From contig CAVZJB010000005.1 in assembly GCA_963775425.1 (NCBI GenBank), positions 704,001-768,000 on the forward strand: 64,000 nt of DNA, in the 5' to 3' direction. Numbering within the stretch: the first letter of the stretch is position 1; each line of letters opens with the position of its first letter. Position numbers and translations under genes: made by a program. Shown piece by piece: positions 49,559 to 58,914 of the stretch. This DNA comes from an uncultured delta proteobacterium (GTDB lineage Bacteria; Myxococcota; UBA727; VGSZ01). The notes under the pieces are model-generated. The model was not told the origin of the DNA. It saw nothing but the letters and a program-made list of their open reading frames with translations, and searched no databases.

Positions 49559-50833
49559 ATGCGAACTCTCACCTCTCTCTGGCTCGCCCTTCCCCTCGTC
49601 TCCGCGCTCGCCGCCGCCTGCGCCGGCCCCGCCGGCCCCCAGGGCCCCGCGGGCCCCGCCGGCGCGGACGGCGCGGACGGCGCAGACGGCACGAACGGCA
49701 CGAACGGCGCGGACGGCGCCGACGGCGCCGACGGGCAAAACGGCGCGGACGGCCAAAACGGCGCCGACGGCCAGAACGGCCAGGACGGCGGCCTCAGCGC
49801 GTCGCCGGCGGTCTACGTGATGACCAACGACCCGACCGGCAACGGCATCATGGCGTTCGAGCGCGCGCCCGACGGCTCGCTCTACCTCATCGACACCTTC
49901 CCCACCGGCGGCCTCGGCAGCGGCGGCGGCCTCGGCGACCAGTACGCCTTCGCGTTCGACGAGGCGCTCCAGCGCTTCTTCGTGGTGAACGCGGGCGACA
50001 GCACCATCTCCATGCTCCAGTTGCTCGACTCCGACGGCAGCCTGCGCATCGTCGACGTCGTCGACGCCGGGGGCGTCGCGCCCGTCAGCATCACGGTGGA
50101 CGGCGACCGCGTGTTCGTGGTCAACGCCGGTGACGCCGGGAACGCCGTGAACGCCAACATCGCCGGCTTCTCCGTCGACACCTACTCGCTCACGCCCATC
50201 GCGAATTCGAGCCTGCCGCTGTCCGCCGCGAACCCCGGACCGGCCGCCATCCAGTTCACGCCCGACGGCACGCACCTCGTCGTCACCGAGAAGGGCACCA
50301 ACCTCATCGACACCTTCGCCGTCGCCGCCGACGGCACCACGAGCGCCTTCCACGGGAACACCTCCGCGGGCCAGACCCCGTTCGGCTTCAGCTTCTCCGC
50401 CGACGGCCAGCTCCTCGTCTCCGAGGCCGCGGGCGGCACCGCCGGGGCCTCCACCGTGAGCTCCTACACCATCGCCAGCAACGGCACGCTCACGCCGGTG
50501 ACGAGCGCGCTGGCGCTGCAGCAGTCGGCGGCGTGCTGGGTGGCCGTGTCCGGGCCCTACGCCTGGACCACCAACACCGCCAGCGGCAACGTGAGCGGGC
50601 TCAACATCGCCAGCGACGGCACCCTCAGCCTCATCGACGCCGACGGCAACAGCGGCGCCACGGGCGCGGGCCCCATCGACGAGGCCGTGAGCCCCGACGG
50701 CAAGTTCCTCTACGTCCTCGACAACGGCGCCCACGCCATCTCGAGCTTCGCCATCAACGCCGACGGCAGCCTCGACAAGCTCCCCGACGTCACCGACCTC
50801 CCCGCCGGCGTGCTCGGCCTCGTCGCCCGCTGA
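49559..50833 (+). CDS. Lipoprotein with collagen-like Gly-X-Y stalk and lactonase-like (6-phosphogluconolactonase-type) beta-propeller
   Basis: AAGGAGG SD; LAAA-C lipobox; 18 GXY triplets; AVYVMTND, FVVNAGD, FTPDG..LVVTEK, AACWV, SPDGKFLYV. Confidence 0.88.
   Translation: MRTLTSLWLALPLVSALAAACAGPAGPQGPAGPAGADGADGADGTNGTNGADGADGADGQNGADGQNGADGQNGQDGGLSASPAVYVMTNDPTGNGIMAFERAPDGSLYLIDTFPTGGLGSGGGLGDQYAFAFDEALQRFFVVNAGDSTISMLQLLDSDGSLRIVDVVDAGGVAPVSITVDGDRVFVVNAGDAGNAVNANIAGFSVDTYSLTPIANSSLPLSAANPGPAAIQFTPDGTHLVVTEKGTNLIDTFAVAADGTTSAFHGNTSAGQTPFGFSFSADGQLLVSEAAGGTAGASTVSSYTIASNGTLTPVTSALALQQSAACWVAVSGPYAWTTNTASGNVSGLNIASDGTLSLIDADGNSGATGAGPIDEAVSPDGKFLYVLDNGAHAISSFAINADGSLDKLPDVTDLPAGVLGLVAR
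49625..49786 (+). repeat. Collagen-like 9-bp-period repeat (GPA/GAD/GTN/GQN)
   Basis: 18 consecutive Gly-X-Y triplets. Confidence 0.92.
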
Positions 50834-50858
50834 CAGAGGGCGGGCGCGTCCCGCTCGC

Positions 50859-50900
50859 GAACGCACCGAGGCGGGGCCTGGTCCCCGCCTCGGTGCGTTC
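50859..50900. terminator. Perfect 18-bp inverted repeat between convergent genes (probable bidirectional terminator)
   Basis: GAACGCACCGAGGCGGGG-cctggt-CCCCGCCTCGGTGCGTTC; no strong U-tract. Confidence 0.7.
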
Positions 50901-50920
50901 ACCGTTACGACGGGCGCGCG

Positions 50921-53686
50921 TCACAGGCCGGCGTAGGAGAAGACGCCCGTGGCGGTGCCGACGACCTTGGTGTGGTCGGCGAGCACGGCGATGGCGCGGC
51001 AGTCGTTGCTGGGCAGGCCGTCGGCGGTGGTGATGGCCACCACGCTCGGGATCCCGGCGTCGACCCGGCCGAGGCCGTTGGTCGTCGCCGCCCAGGCCAC
51101 CTCGTGGGCGGCGCCGCCGACGTCGACGAGGTCGACGGCGATGGCCCGGACGTCGTTCGAGGGCATGCCGTCCTGGGTGCGGAAGCAATCGTTGGCGCCC
51201 GTGATCACGTCATGGCGCACCGCGCCCGCCTGCGTGGAGAACCACGCGTCGCCCGAGGGCGCCACCGTGACCGCGCGGACGCCGTCGCCGCCCGGGATGT
51301 CGACATTGGTGAACGTGGTGCCGTCGGCGCTCACGCTCGGCGCGGCCGGCGGCGTCATGGTCTGGACGCCCTGCGACGTCACCACCCAGACATCGCCGGT
51401 CACGGGATCGAACGCCACGTCGAGGACGCTCGAGCTGCGGAGCCGATCGCCCAGGCCGTCGCCCTGGCAGATCTGCTGGTGGGTGTCGCTCGCCCAGTCC
51501 GAGAACATCAGGCACTGGCTCGTCGCCGTCACCGTGCGCCCGTCGGGGAGGACGGCGACCGCGCGGATGCTGTCGGTGTTGAGCGCGAGATCTCCTTCGC
51601 GGAACACCTGGCAGCTCTGCAGCGTGGCGTCGCAGCCGAAGCCGAGGCCGTTCGACGTCGACACCATGATGGTGCCGTCGACGTAGACGGCCACGTCGCG
51701 CACGGTGTTGCCGGGGATGTCGGAGCTCCCCGTCGTGAACACGGTCGCGCCGCCGAGGTCGAGCGCCACGTCCACCGCGCCGTCGTTGGTCGAGGCCCAC
51801 AGCGTGGCGCTGGCGGGGTCGAACAGCAGATCGTTCACCTGCGACCCCAGCGACCGCGCCTGAAACAGCGAAGAAAACGGCGCGCCGCCCGGCGTGGCGA
51901 AGAAGCTCACGGCGTCCGAGGCCGTGACGCCCGCGGAGTCGGTGGCGGCGAGCGTGACCGTGTGCTTGCCGGTGAGCATGCCGTTCGCGCTGATGCTCGC
52001 GCCGCTCCCGAGCGCGCCGTTTTGCGAGTCCGTCCACGACGGGACCAGGGCGCCGTCCTCGGCGTCCGTGGCCGTGCCCGCGAGGGCCACGGCCGCGCTG
52101 TTGTCGACGGTGCTCCCGTTCGTCGGCGACGGCGGTGAATCGATGGTCACCACGGGCGCGCTGTTGACGACGACGACCACGGCGTCGCTGGCGGTGTCGG
52201 CCCCGGCGGTGACCGTGAGCGTGACGGTGTGCGTGCCGCCGGACAGGTTGGCGAAGATGGTGTTGCCGGTGCCGAGCGCGCCGTCGAGGCTCGAGCTCCA
52301 CGAGAGCGCGGCGCCGTTTTGCTGCCCGCCGGGCAGGGCGCAGCCCTCGCCGCTGAAGCGTTGGTTGTCGCCGAGGGCGATCACCGTCCCCGACGACGGG
52401 CTCGTGATCAGCGCCGCCGGTGACGTCAGAGTCAGGTTCACCGTCTGCGTCGCCGACGCGCCACGGCTGTCGGTGGCCTCGCACGTGAGCGCGTGCGCTC
52501 CGGCGATGCTCGGGCGGTACTGCGTGTTGCGCGACGTTGCGATCTCCGCGCCGTCCTCGAGCCAGCGGAAGGTCACGGCCTGGTTTTCGGGATCGACGGC
52601 GTTGCACGACAGCGAGATGGGCACGTCACACGCGCTGAAGATGGCGCCGTCGTTGGGCGCGTTGACGGTGACGGCGGGAGGTTGGTTCGGCTGCACCGTC
52701 ACCTCCACCGACGCGCAGCCGGTGACGTTCTGCGGATCCACGGTGTCCGGCGCGCACACGGTCACCGTGAAGGTGCCGACGTCGACGAGGGCCTGTGTGA
52801 CGGTGGCGCCGAAGCCCAGGGACGCGAGGCTCGGCATGTCGCTTTGCCAGTGGTAGTCCTGATTCGCGATGGCGCCGCTGCCGTCGCGGTCCACGCAGGT
52901 CGCCGTGAACGTCGCCGAGTCGCCCTGCACCACCACCGTGCCGTCCGGCGGCGCCGTGATGGTGCACAGGGGCGGCACGTTGTCGACGACGTGCACGATG
53001 ATCGACGTCGTCGCGGTGGCGCTGGCGGAGTCGGTGGCGGCGAGCGCGATGGTGTGGTCGCCGAGCGGCAGCGCCGTGGAGACCAGGGCGCCGGTGCCGA
53101 GGCTCTGCCCGTTGTCGGTCCACACCAGGGACGTCCCCGTGAGCGCGCCGTCCTCCGGATCCACGGCGGTGCCGTTGAACGTGATGGTCTCGCTCGACAG
53201 GAAGAAGCTGCCGTCGGCGGGCGCCGTGATGCTCACCGTGGGCAGTGCGTTTTCGAGCACGTCGACGGAGACGGAGGCTGTGCCGACGTTGCCGGCGCTG
53301 TCGGTGGCAGCGCAGGTGATGATGTGGGTGCCCGCGGTGATCAGGGCGTTCTGCACCGTGCCGCCGGTGCCGATGTGCCCCTCGAGATCCGAGGACCAAT
53401 CGATGGCGGCGTTGTCGAGGGGGCCGTCCTCGGCGTCGACGGCGGTGCAGGTGAACAGGATGCTCTCCCCCTGTGCGAAGCTCGCGCCGTCCGTCGGGGC
53501 CGTGATGGTGACGACGGGGACGGTGTCTCCCTCTCCCTCGCCTTCCCCTTCGCCTTCCCCCTCGCCTTCGCCTTCTCCTTCTCCCTCCCCCTCGCCTTCT
53601 CCTTCGGCGGCGACGGGCGCCTCACAACTGCACCCCCAGAACGACGACAACGCGACAACGCAAACAGCAAGAGCAACAGCACGCAT
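50921..53686 (-). CDS. Large lipoprotein: (EG)13 linker, about six Ig/PKD-like repeats, C-terminal two-component-regulator-type beta-propeller
   Basis: GGAGG SD; WG-C lipobox; repeated P.V.IT.P.DG..A.D.EDG.L..W..G.H.ITL.ATDS; W..T..G and DGLPSN blades. Confidence 0.88.
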   Translation of the reverse strand: MRAVALAVCVVALSSFWGCSCEAPVAAEGEGEGEGEGEGEGEGEGEGEGEGEGDTVPVVTITAPTDGASFAQGESILFTCTAVDAEDGPLDNAAIDWSSDLEGHIGTGGTVQNALITAGTHIITCAATDSAGNVGTASVSVDVLENALPTVSITAPADGSFFLSSETITFNGTAVDPEDGALTGTSLVWTDNGQSLGTGALVSTALPLGDHTIALAATDSASATATTSIIVHVVDNVPPLCTITAPPDGTVVVQGDSATFTATCVDRDGSGAIANQDYHWQSDMPSLASLGFGATVTQALVDVGTFTVTVCAPDTVDPQNVTGCASVEVTVQPNQPPAVTVNAPNDGAIFSACDVPISLSCNAVDPENQAVTFRWLEDGAEIATSRNTQYRPSIAGAHALTCEATDSRGASATQTVNLTLTSPAALITSPSSGTVIALGDNQRFSGEGCALPGGQQNGAALSWSSSLDGALGTGNTIFANLSGGTHTVTLTVTAGADTASDAVVVVVNSAPVVTIDSPPSPTNGSTVDNSAAVALAGTATDAEDGALVPSWTDSQNGALGSGASISANGMLTGKHTVTLAATDSAGVTASDAVSFFATPGGAPFSSLFQARSLGSQVNDLLFDPASATLWASTNDGAVDVALDLGGATVFTTGSSDIPGNTVRDVAVYVDGTIMVSTSNGLGFGCDATLQSCQVFREGDLALNTDSIRAVAVLPDGRTVTATSQCLMFSDWASDTHQQICQGDGLGDRLRSSSVLDVAFDPVTGDVWVVTSQGVQTMTPPAAPSVSADGTTFTNVDIPGGDGVRAVTVAPSGDAWFSTQAGAVRHDVITGANDCFRTQDGMPSNDVRAIAVDLVDVGGAAHEVAWAATTNGLGRVDAGIPSVVAITTADGLPSNDCRAIAVLADHTKVVGTATGVFSYAGL
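53528..53605 (-). repeat. (Glu-Gly)13-coding repeat
   Basis: 78 nt with mixed synonymous codons. Confidence 0.92.
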
Positions 53687-53706
53687 GGTGACCTCCACCT
53701 TGGGCT

Positions 53707-53734
53707 GCTACGCATGCTGTTGCATGCTGCGATC
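53707..53734 (-). promoter_or_regulatory. Putative ECF-sigma promoter of the large lipoprotein gene (GATCGC-N15-GCGTAGC)
   Basis: Minus strand GATCGC agcatgcaacagcat GCGTAGC; same boxes and spacing as upstream of the ECF gene. Confidence 0.7.
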
Positions 53735-53770
53735 TCACACGCTGTTTACATACGCACGGGGACTTCCGTC

Positions 53771-53798
53771 GATCGCGATCGGCGTCGTCTCGCGTAGC
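53771..53798 (+). promoter_or_regulatory. Putative autoregulatory ECF-sigma promoter (GATCGC-N15-GCGTAGC)
   Basis: GATCGC gatcggcgtcgtctc GCGTAGC, followed by GAGGT SD and GTG 53813. Confidence 0.7.
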
Positions 53799-53812
53799 TC
53801 TCGAGGTACTGC

Positions 53813-54472
53813 GTGACTCTCGAGGAAGACCGGGCGCTGTTGGACAACTATCGCCGCGGCGACCGCGCAGCGATGGCCGCGGTGTTTCGCATGTACGTCG
53901 ACGACGTCGCGCGCACGATCCGCGCCGGTGTCGTCGTCAACGTCGAAGGACGACGCACCCGGCTCGGCGTGCGCATGCCCGAGCACGACGTGGAGGTGCT
54001 CATCCAGGAGACCTTCACGCGCGCCTTCGCCCCCAGGGCGCGGGAGAGCTACGACGGGCTGCGCCCCTTCGGCGCCTACCTGGCCACCATCGCGCGGAAC
54101 CTGATCGTCGATCGCGGACGCAAAGAGGTGCGTGCGCAAAAGAGCTTCGTGGCCGTGGCCGACATCGCCGACCTCGCGGACCCGGATGAGGAAGATCCCA
54201 CCTGGCGCCTGGAGGAGCAGAGCCTCGCGCGCATCGTGTCGGAGATGAAGGACTCCCTCGAAGAGCCGGACAAGTCGATCTTCATCTGTCGCGTGGAGCG
54301 GCGGATGTCCTTCAAGGAGGCGGCGGCGGCGGTGTCCCTGTCCGAGATCGTCGTCCGCCGGCGCGACACGCGCATGCGCTCGGAGCTCCTCGCTCGCCTG
54401 CGCAGCCATGGTTTTCTCGAGAACGCCAGAGTCCGGATCGGGACCAGCCTCCTGCCGCGTAGGAGCCGGTGA
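53813..54472 (+). CDS. ECF-type RNA polymerase sigma-70 factor
   Basis: D..LL..YRRGD.AAM..V, DVE.LIQETF.RAF, F.AYL.TIARNL.VD..R (region 2), MSFKEAA...S...V (region 4). Confidence 0.9.
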   Translation: MTLEEDRALLDNYRRGDRAAMAAVFRMYVDDVARTIRAGVVVNVEGRRTRLGVRMPEHDVEVLIQETFTRAFAPRARESYDGLRPFGAYLATIARNLIVDRGRKEVRAQKSFVAVADIADLADPDEEDPTWRLEEQSLARIVSEMKDSLEEPDKSIFICRVERRMSFKEAAAAVSLSEIVVRRRDTRMRSELLARLRSHGFLENARVRIGTSLLPRRSR

Positions 54473-55299
54473 TGCGCCTGATGTCCCTCCTTTTGCCCCG
54501 CTACGCCGCCGGAACGCTCTCGCCGTTCCTGGCGCGCCGGGTGCGCGCGGCGCTGGCGGCGGATCCGGCGCTCGCCGCCGCGTACGACGCGCTGCGTCGC
54601 GCCGAGCGTGCGGCCTCGGGGCAGCCGCTGTCGTCGGGGCAACGAGAGACCCTCGAGGCGCTCCTGTTCTCTGGGCCCCTCTCTGGGGAGTCCCCGGCGC
54701 CGGCCGTGGCGCGCGGGCGGGTCGGGTGGAGCGCCTGGGGCTCCGCGCTCGCCGCGGCCGCCGTCGTCGCCTTCGCCGTGGTGCGGGTGGACCCGCCGGC
54801 GCACGGGCCCGGCAGCGTCGGCGCGCTCGAGGCCCGCGGCGCGCACATCGCCAAGGACCCCGTGGGCGTGAAGGTCTCGTGCCTGACCCGCGACAACGCC
54901 ATCGTCGACACCGCCACCGCCGGCGCCCGCCGCGCGCTCGACGTCCTGCGCTGCCCGGCGTCGAGCCTCCTGGCCTTCTCCACCACCAACCTGAGCCATG
55001 AGACGCGCCAGGTGTTCGTGGTCGGCGTCGCCCCCGACGGCAGCCGCCGCTGGTACGCCCCCTTCACCGGCGCGTCGGTGGCCGTCGGCCCCGGCGTCAT
55101 CGACAACGTGTTGCCGTCGCTCGCCGACACCTTGGGGATGCCGGGCGGCGACGTCACCCTGTTCGTCCTCGTGTCCGACACGGCGTTCTCCGCCGACCAG
55201 CTCGAGCGCCAGCTCAAAAAGAGCGCGCTCCCCCTGGGCCATCTCGACCGCCTGCCCGTCGACGTTCCGCTGCAGGCGCGCATCGAGCTGACGCCGTAG
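54469..55299 (+). CDS. Putative membrane-spanning anti-sigma factor (ZAS-like N-domain without zinc ligands, TM, periplasmic beta-domain)
   Basis: Coupled to the sigma gene; L.RY..G.LS...R.V...L...P pattern; single TM; LEARG then a DUF4384-like beta-rich domain. Confidence 0.72.
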   Translation: MMRLMSLLLPRYAAGTLSPFLARRVRAALAADPALAAAYDALRRAERAASGQPLSSGQRETLEALLFSGPLSGESPAPAVARGRVGWSAWGSALAAAAVVAFAVVRVDPPAHGPGSVGALEARGAHIAKDPVGVKVSCLTRDNAIVDTATAGARRALDVLRCPASSLLAFSTTNLSHETRQVFVVGVAPDGSRRWYAPFTGASVAVGPGVIDNVLPSLADTLGMPGGDVTLFVLVSDTAFSADQLERQLKKSALPLGHLDRLPVDVPLQARIELTP

Positions 55300-55308
55300 G
55301 ATCCCCAC

Positions 55309-56880
55309 GTGCTGCTGCTCGCGCTCCTGGTGGCCGCCGCCCCCGCGCCCCCCGGCGGCGGGGGGCCCGCGGCGCTCTCGGGCGAGGCCGACACGGCCCG
55401 CTACGTCGTCGTCATGGGCTACAACGGCGGCGCCCCCGACCCGCGCGCCCCGCTGCGCTTCAGCGACGACGACGCCGCCCGCCTGTTCGAGCTCCTCTCG
55501 CCGTCGTCGGAGCGCGCGTTCCTGCTCGCCACCTTCGACGCCGAGAGCGCCAAGCTCTTCCCCGAGCTCACCGACGTCGCCCGCGAGCCCACCCGCGAGC
55601 AGCTCGCGCAGGTGCTCGGCGAGGTGCAGTGGCTCGTGCGCGCCAAGAAGAAGCAGGGGGTGCGCACGGAGCTCGTGTTCGCCTTCGCCGGCCACGGCGA
55701 CGTCAACGACGCCGGCGAGGGCTACGTGGTCCTCGCCGACGGCCCGTTTACGCGCACGGACCTCGAGACGCAGGTCATCGACCCGTCGCCCGCCGACGTG
55801 AACCACGTCATCATCGACGCGTGCTCGTCGTACTTCATGGTGTCCCGCGGCGGCGACGCCAAGAGCGGCGTGGTCGCGCTCACGCCCAAGGTCCTCAACG
55901 TCCTCAAGGGGACCACCGCGTCATCGGCGGCGGCGCGGGCGCGGACCGGCGTGTTGGTGTCGACGTCGGGCGCCGCCGAGGTGCACGAGTCCGGCGAGCT
56001 CGAAAGCGGCGTGTTCTCGTTCCTGCTGCGCTCTGCGCTCGCCGGGGCGGCCGACAACAACGGCGACGGCCGCGTCGAGTACGCCGAGGCCGCCGCCTTC
56101 ATCTCCGCCGCCAGCGCCGGCCTCGACGACCCGCGCGCCAAGCTCTCCGTGCACGCGGAGGCGCCGCTGCAGCGCCCCCACGTCGCGCTCATGGACCTCG
56201 CGCGCTCCGGCGCCACCCGTTTTTTGAAGGTCGACGGCAAGCAGGCGGTGCACGTGCGCATCCTCGACGCCCACGGCGTCCCCTATGCCGAGCTCAACCG
56301 CGCGGCGGGCCACGGGCCCGTGGTGCTCGCCCTGCAGCGCGACCCGTTCTACGTCGTGCAAGAGGGACAAAAGGAGGCGCTCCTCGTTCCGCGCGCCGCC
56401 GGCGCCTACGCCCTGTCCTCGCTGTCGTTCGAGGACTCGCCCGCGCCGCGCGCGGCGTCGGAGCACCTGCGCGGCCTGTTCGCTACGCCCTACGGTGACG
56501 ACGTCGTGACCGGCTTCCTCGGCGCCTCCGAGATGGCGCCGCCTTTGGACGGCACGGTGTTCGATCCGCCGTACGCCGAAAAGGGAACGCCGCCGCTGCG
56601 GCTGCCGCTGAGCACCGTGGCGCTGGTGACGCTCGGCGTCGCGGGCGCGGTCGGCCTCGCCGCCGGCGGCGCCGTCGTCGGCAACGAGCTGTCGTTCAGC
56701 AAGCTGCAGGCGGACTTCGCGCGCACCGGCACGCTCGACCCGCAGACCTCGCTCCAGGTGGAGAGCTGGCGCACCGGCGCCACCGCGCTCACGCTCGGCG
56801 CCGTCGCCCTCGGCCTCGCCGGCGGCGGGCTGTATCTTTGGTCGACGACGCTGCCGGAGGGGGAGGTCGAGCTTCGATGA
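55309..56880 (+). CDS. Exported caspase-family (peptidase C14-like) protease with C-terminal membrane helices
   Basis: Signal peptide; VVVMGYN, LRFSDDDA, FAFAGHG (H129), VIIDACSS (C172), GVFS..L..AL.GAADNNGDG.V; two C-terminal hydrophobic helices. Confidence 0.88.
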   Translation: MLLLALLVAAAPAPPGGGGPAALSGEADTARYVVVMGYNGGAPDPRAPLRFSDDDAARLFELLSPSSERAFLLATFDAESAKLFPELTDVAREPTREQLAQVLGEVQWLVRAKKKQGVRTELVFAFAGHGDVNDAGEGYVVLADGPFTRTDLETQVIDPSPADVNHVIIDACSSYFMVSRGGDAKSGVVALTPKVLNVLKGTTASSAAARARTGVLVSTSGAAEVHESGELESGVFSFLLRSALAGAADNNGDGRVEYAEAAAFISAASAGLDDPRAKLSVHAEAPLQRPHVALMDLARSGATRFLKVDGKQAVHVRILDAHGVPYAELNRAAGHGPVVLALQRDPFYVVQEGQKEALLVPRAAGAYALSSLSFEDSPAPRAASEHLRGLFATPYGDDVVTGFLGASEMAPPLDGTVFDPPYAEKGTPPLRLPLSTVALVTLGVAGAVGLAAGGAVVGNELSFSKLQADFARTGTLDPQTSLQVESWRTGATALTLGAVALGLAGGGLYLWSTTLPEGEVELR

Positions 56881-57656
56881 CGTACCTGGCTCGCCCCGAC
56901 GTCGCCCTCCTCCGCGCGCTCGCCGGCGCGGGCGCGCTCGTCGTCGCCACCACCGCGTGCCCCTTGCTGCCGGGCGTCGGCGACCTCGAGAACAAGATCA
57001 ACGCACAGGTCGTCGTCACCGACGTGGGCGCGCACCGCACGGTGCACATCGCCGTCGCCGGGCAGAAGATCGACTCCAAGGAGACGTCGCGGCGCCAGGA
57101 CGTCACCGTCGACCTCATCATCGACGACCCGGGCGACTACGACGGCGTGGTGACCATCGCGCGCGCCGGCCGCGACGGCTTCGAGCGCTGCGGCGCCTTC
57201 TCGCTCCACGTCGACGACGACGGCGACACCGATCACGTCTTCGTCGCCGCCGGCGACATCCCCGCGTGCTCGCCGCCCGGCGAAGGGGAAGGCGAAGGCG
57301 AAGGAGAGGGCGAAGGAGAGGGCGATGAGGGCGAAGGCGAAGGCGAGGGCGAGGGCGATCCGCCCCAGGTGACCCTCGAGTCTCCCGACGACGGCACGCA
57401 CTACGGCGAGGCCGAGCCGTTCGAGGGGCTGTGCTCCGCGTCCGATCGCGAGGACGGCCAGTTGCCTCCGGGCAGCTTCTTTTGGACCATCGACGGCATC
57501 GACAACGTGTTCGCCCACGGCGTCCACGTGGTCACGCTGCTGCTCGTGCGCGACGGGCCCCACGACATCCAGTGCTGCGTCACCGACAGCGACGGCAACA
57601 CCGCGTGCGACGCCATCACCGTCTGCATCGGCGACGACGACTGCCCCGGGACCTGA
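56877..57656 (+). CDS. Lipoprotein with (GE)n linker and one Ig/PKD-like domain
   Basis: ATGA-coupled to caspase gene; TTA-C lipobox-like; PQVTLESPDDG..CSASDREDG.L..W..G.H.I.C.VTDSDGN. Confidence 0.82.
   Translation: MTYLARPDVALLRALAGAGALVVATTACPLLPGVGDLENKINAQVVVTDVGAHRTVHIAVAGQKIDSKETSRRQDVTVDLIIDDPGDYDGVVTIARAGRDGFERCGAFSLHVDDDGDTDHVFVAAGDIPACSPPGEGEGEGEGEGEGEGDEGEGEGEGEGDPPQVTLESPDDGTHYGEAEPFEGLCSASDREDGQLPPGSFFWTIDGIDNVFAHGVHVVTLLLVRDGPHDIQCCVTDSDGNTACDAITVCIGDDDCPGT
57279..57359 (+). repeat. (Gly-Glu)n-coding repeat
   Basis: GEGEGEGEGEGEGEGDEGEGEGEGEGD with mixed codons. Confidence 0.92.
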
Positions 57657-57705
57657 GCGGCAAGAGCCGCTGACCTGCCGGCGCCGGCCGTGCTAAGCGG
57701 CGCGC

Positions 57706-58845
<1,140 letters not shown>

Positions 58846-58914
58846 CCGGCCCGCGTCCTCGACCGGCGGGCCCGCCCCTGTGGCGCGCGGCGGCGGCGCG
58901 GTATGCCTCGGGGC

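Noticed and set aside
55309-56880. Caspase as part of a gasdermin, CBASS or type III-E CRISPR death module
   Set aside because: No gasdermin, cyclase, NLR-like or Cas genes in the window, and the protease is predicted to be exported
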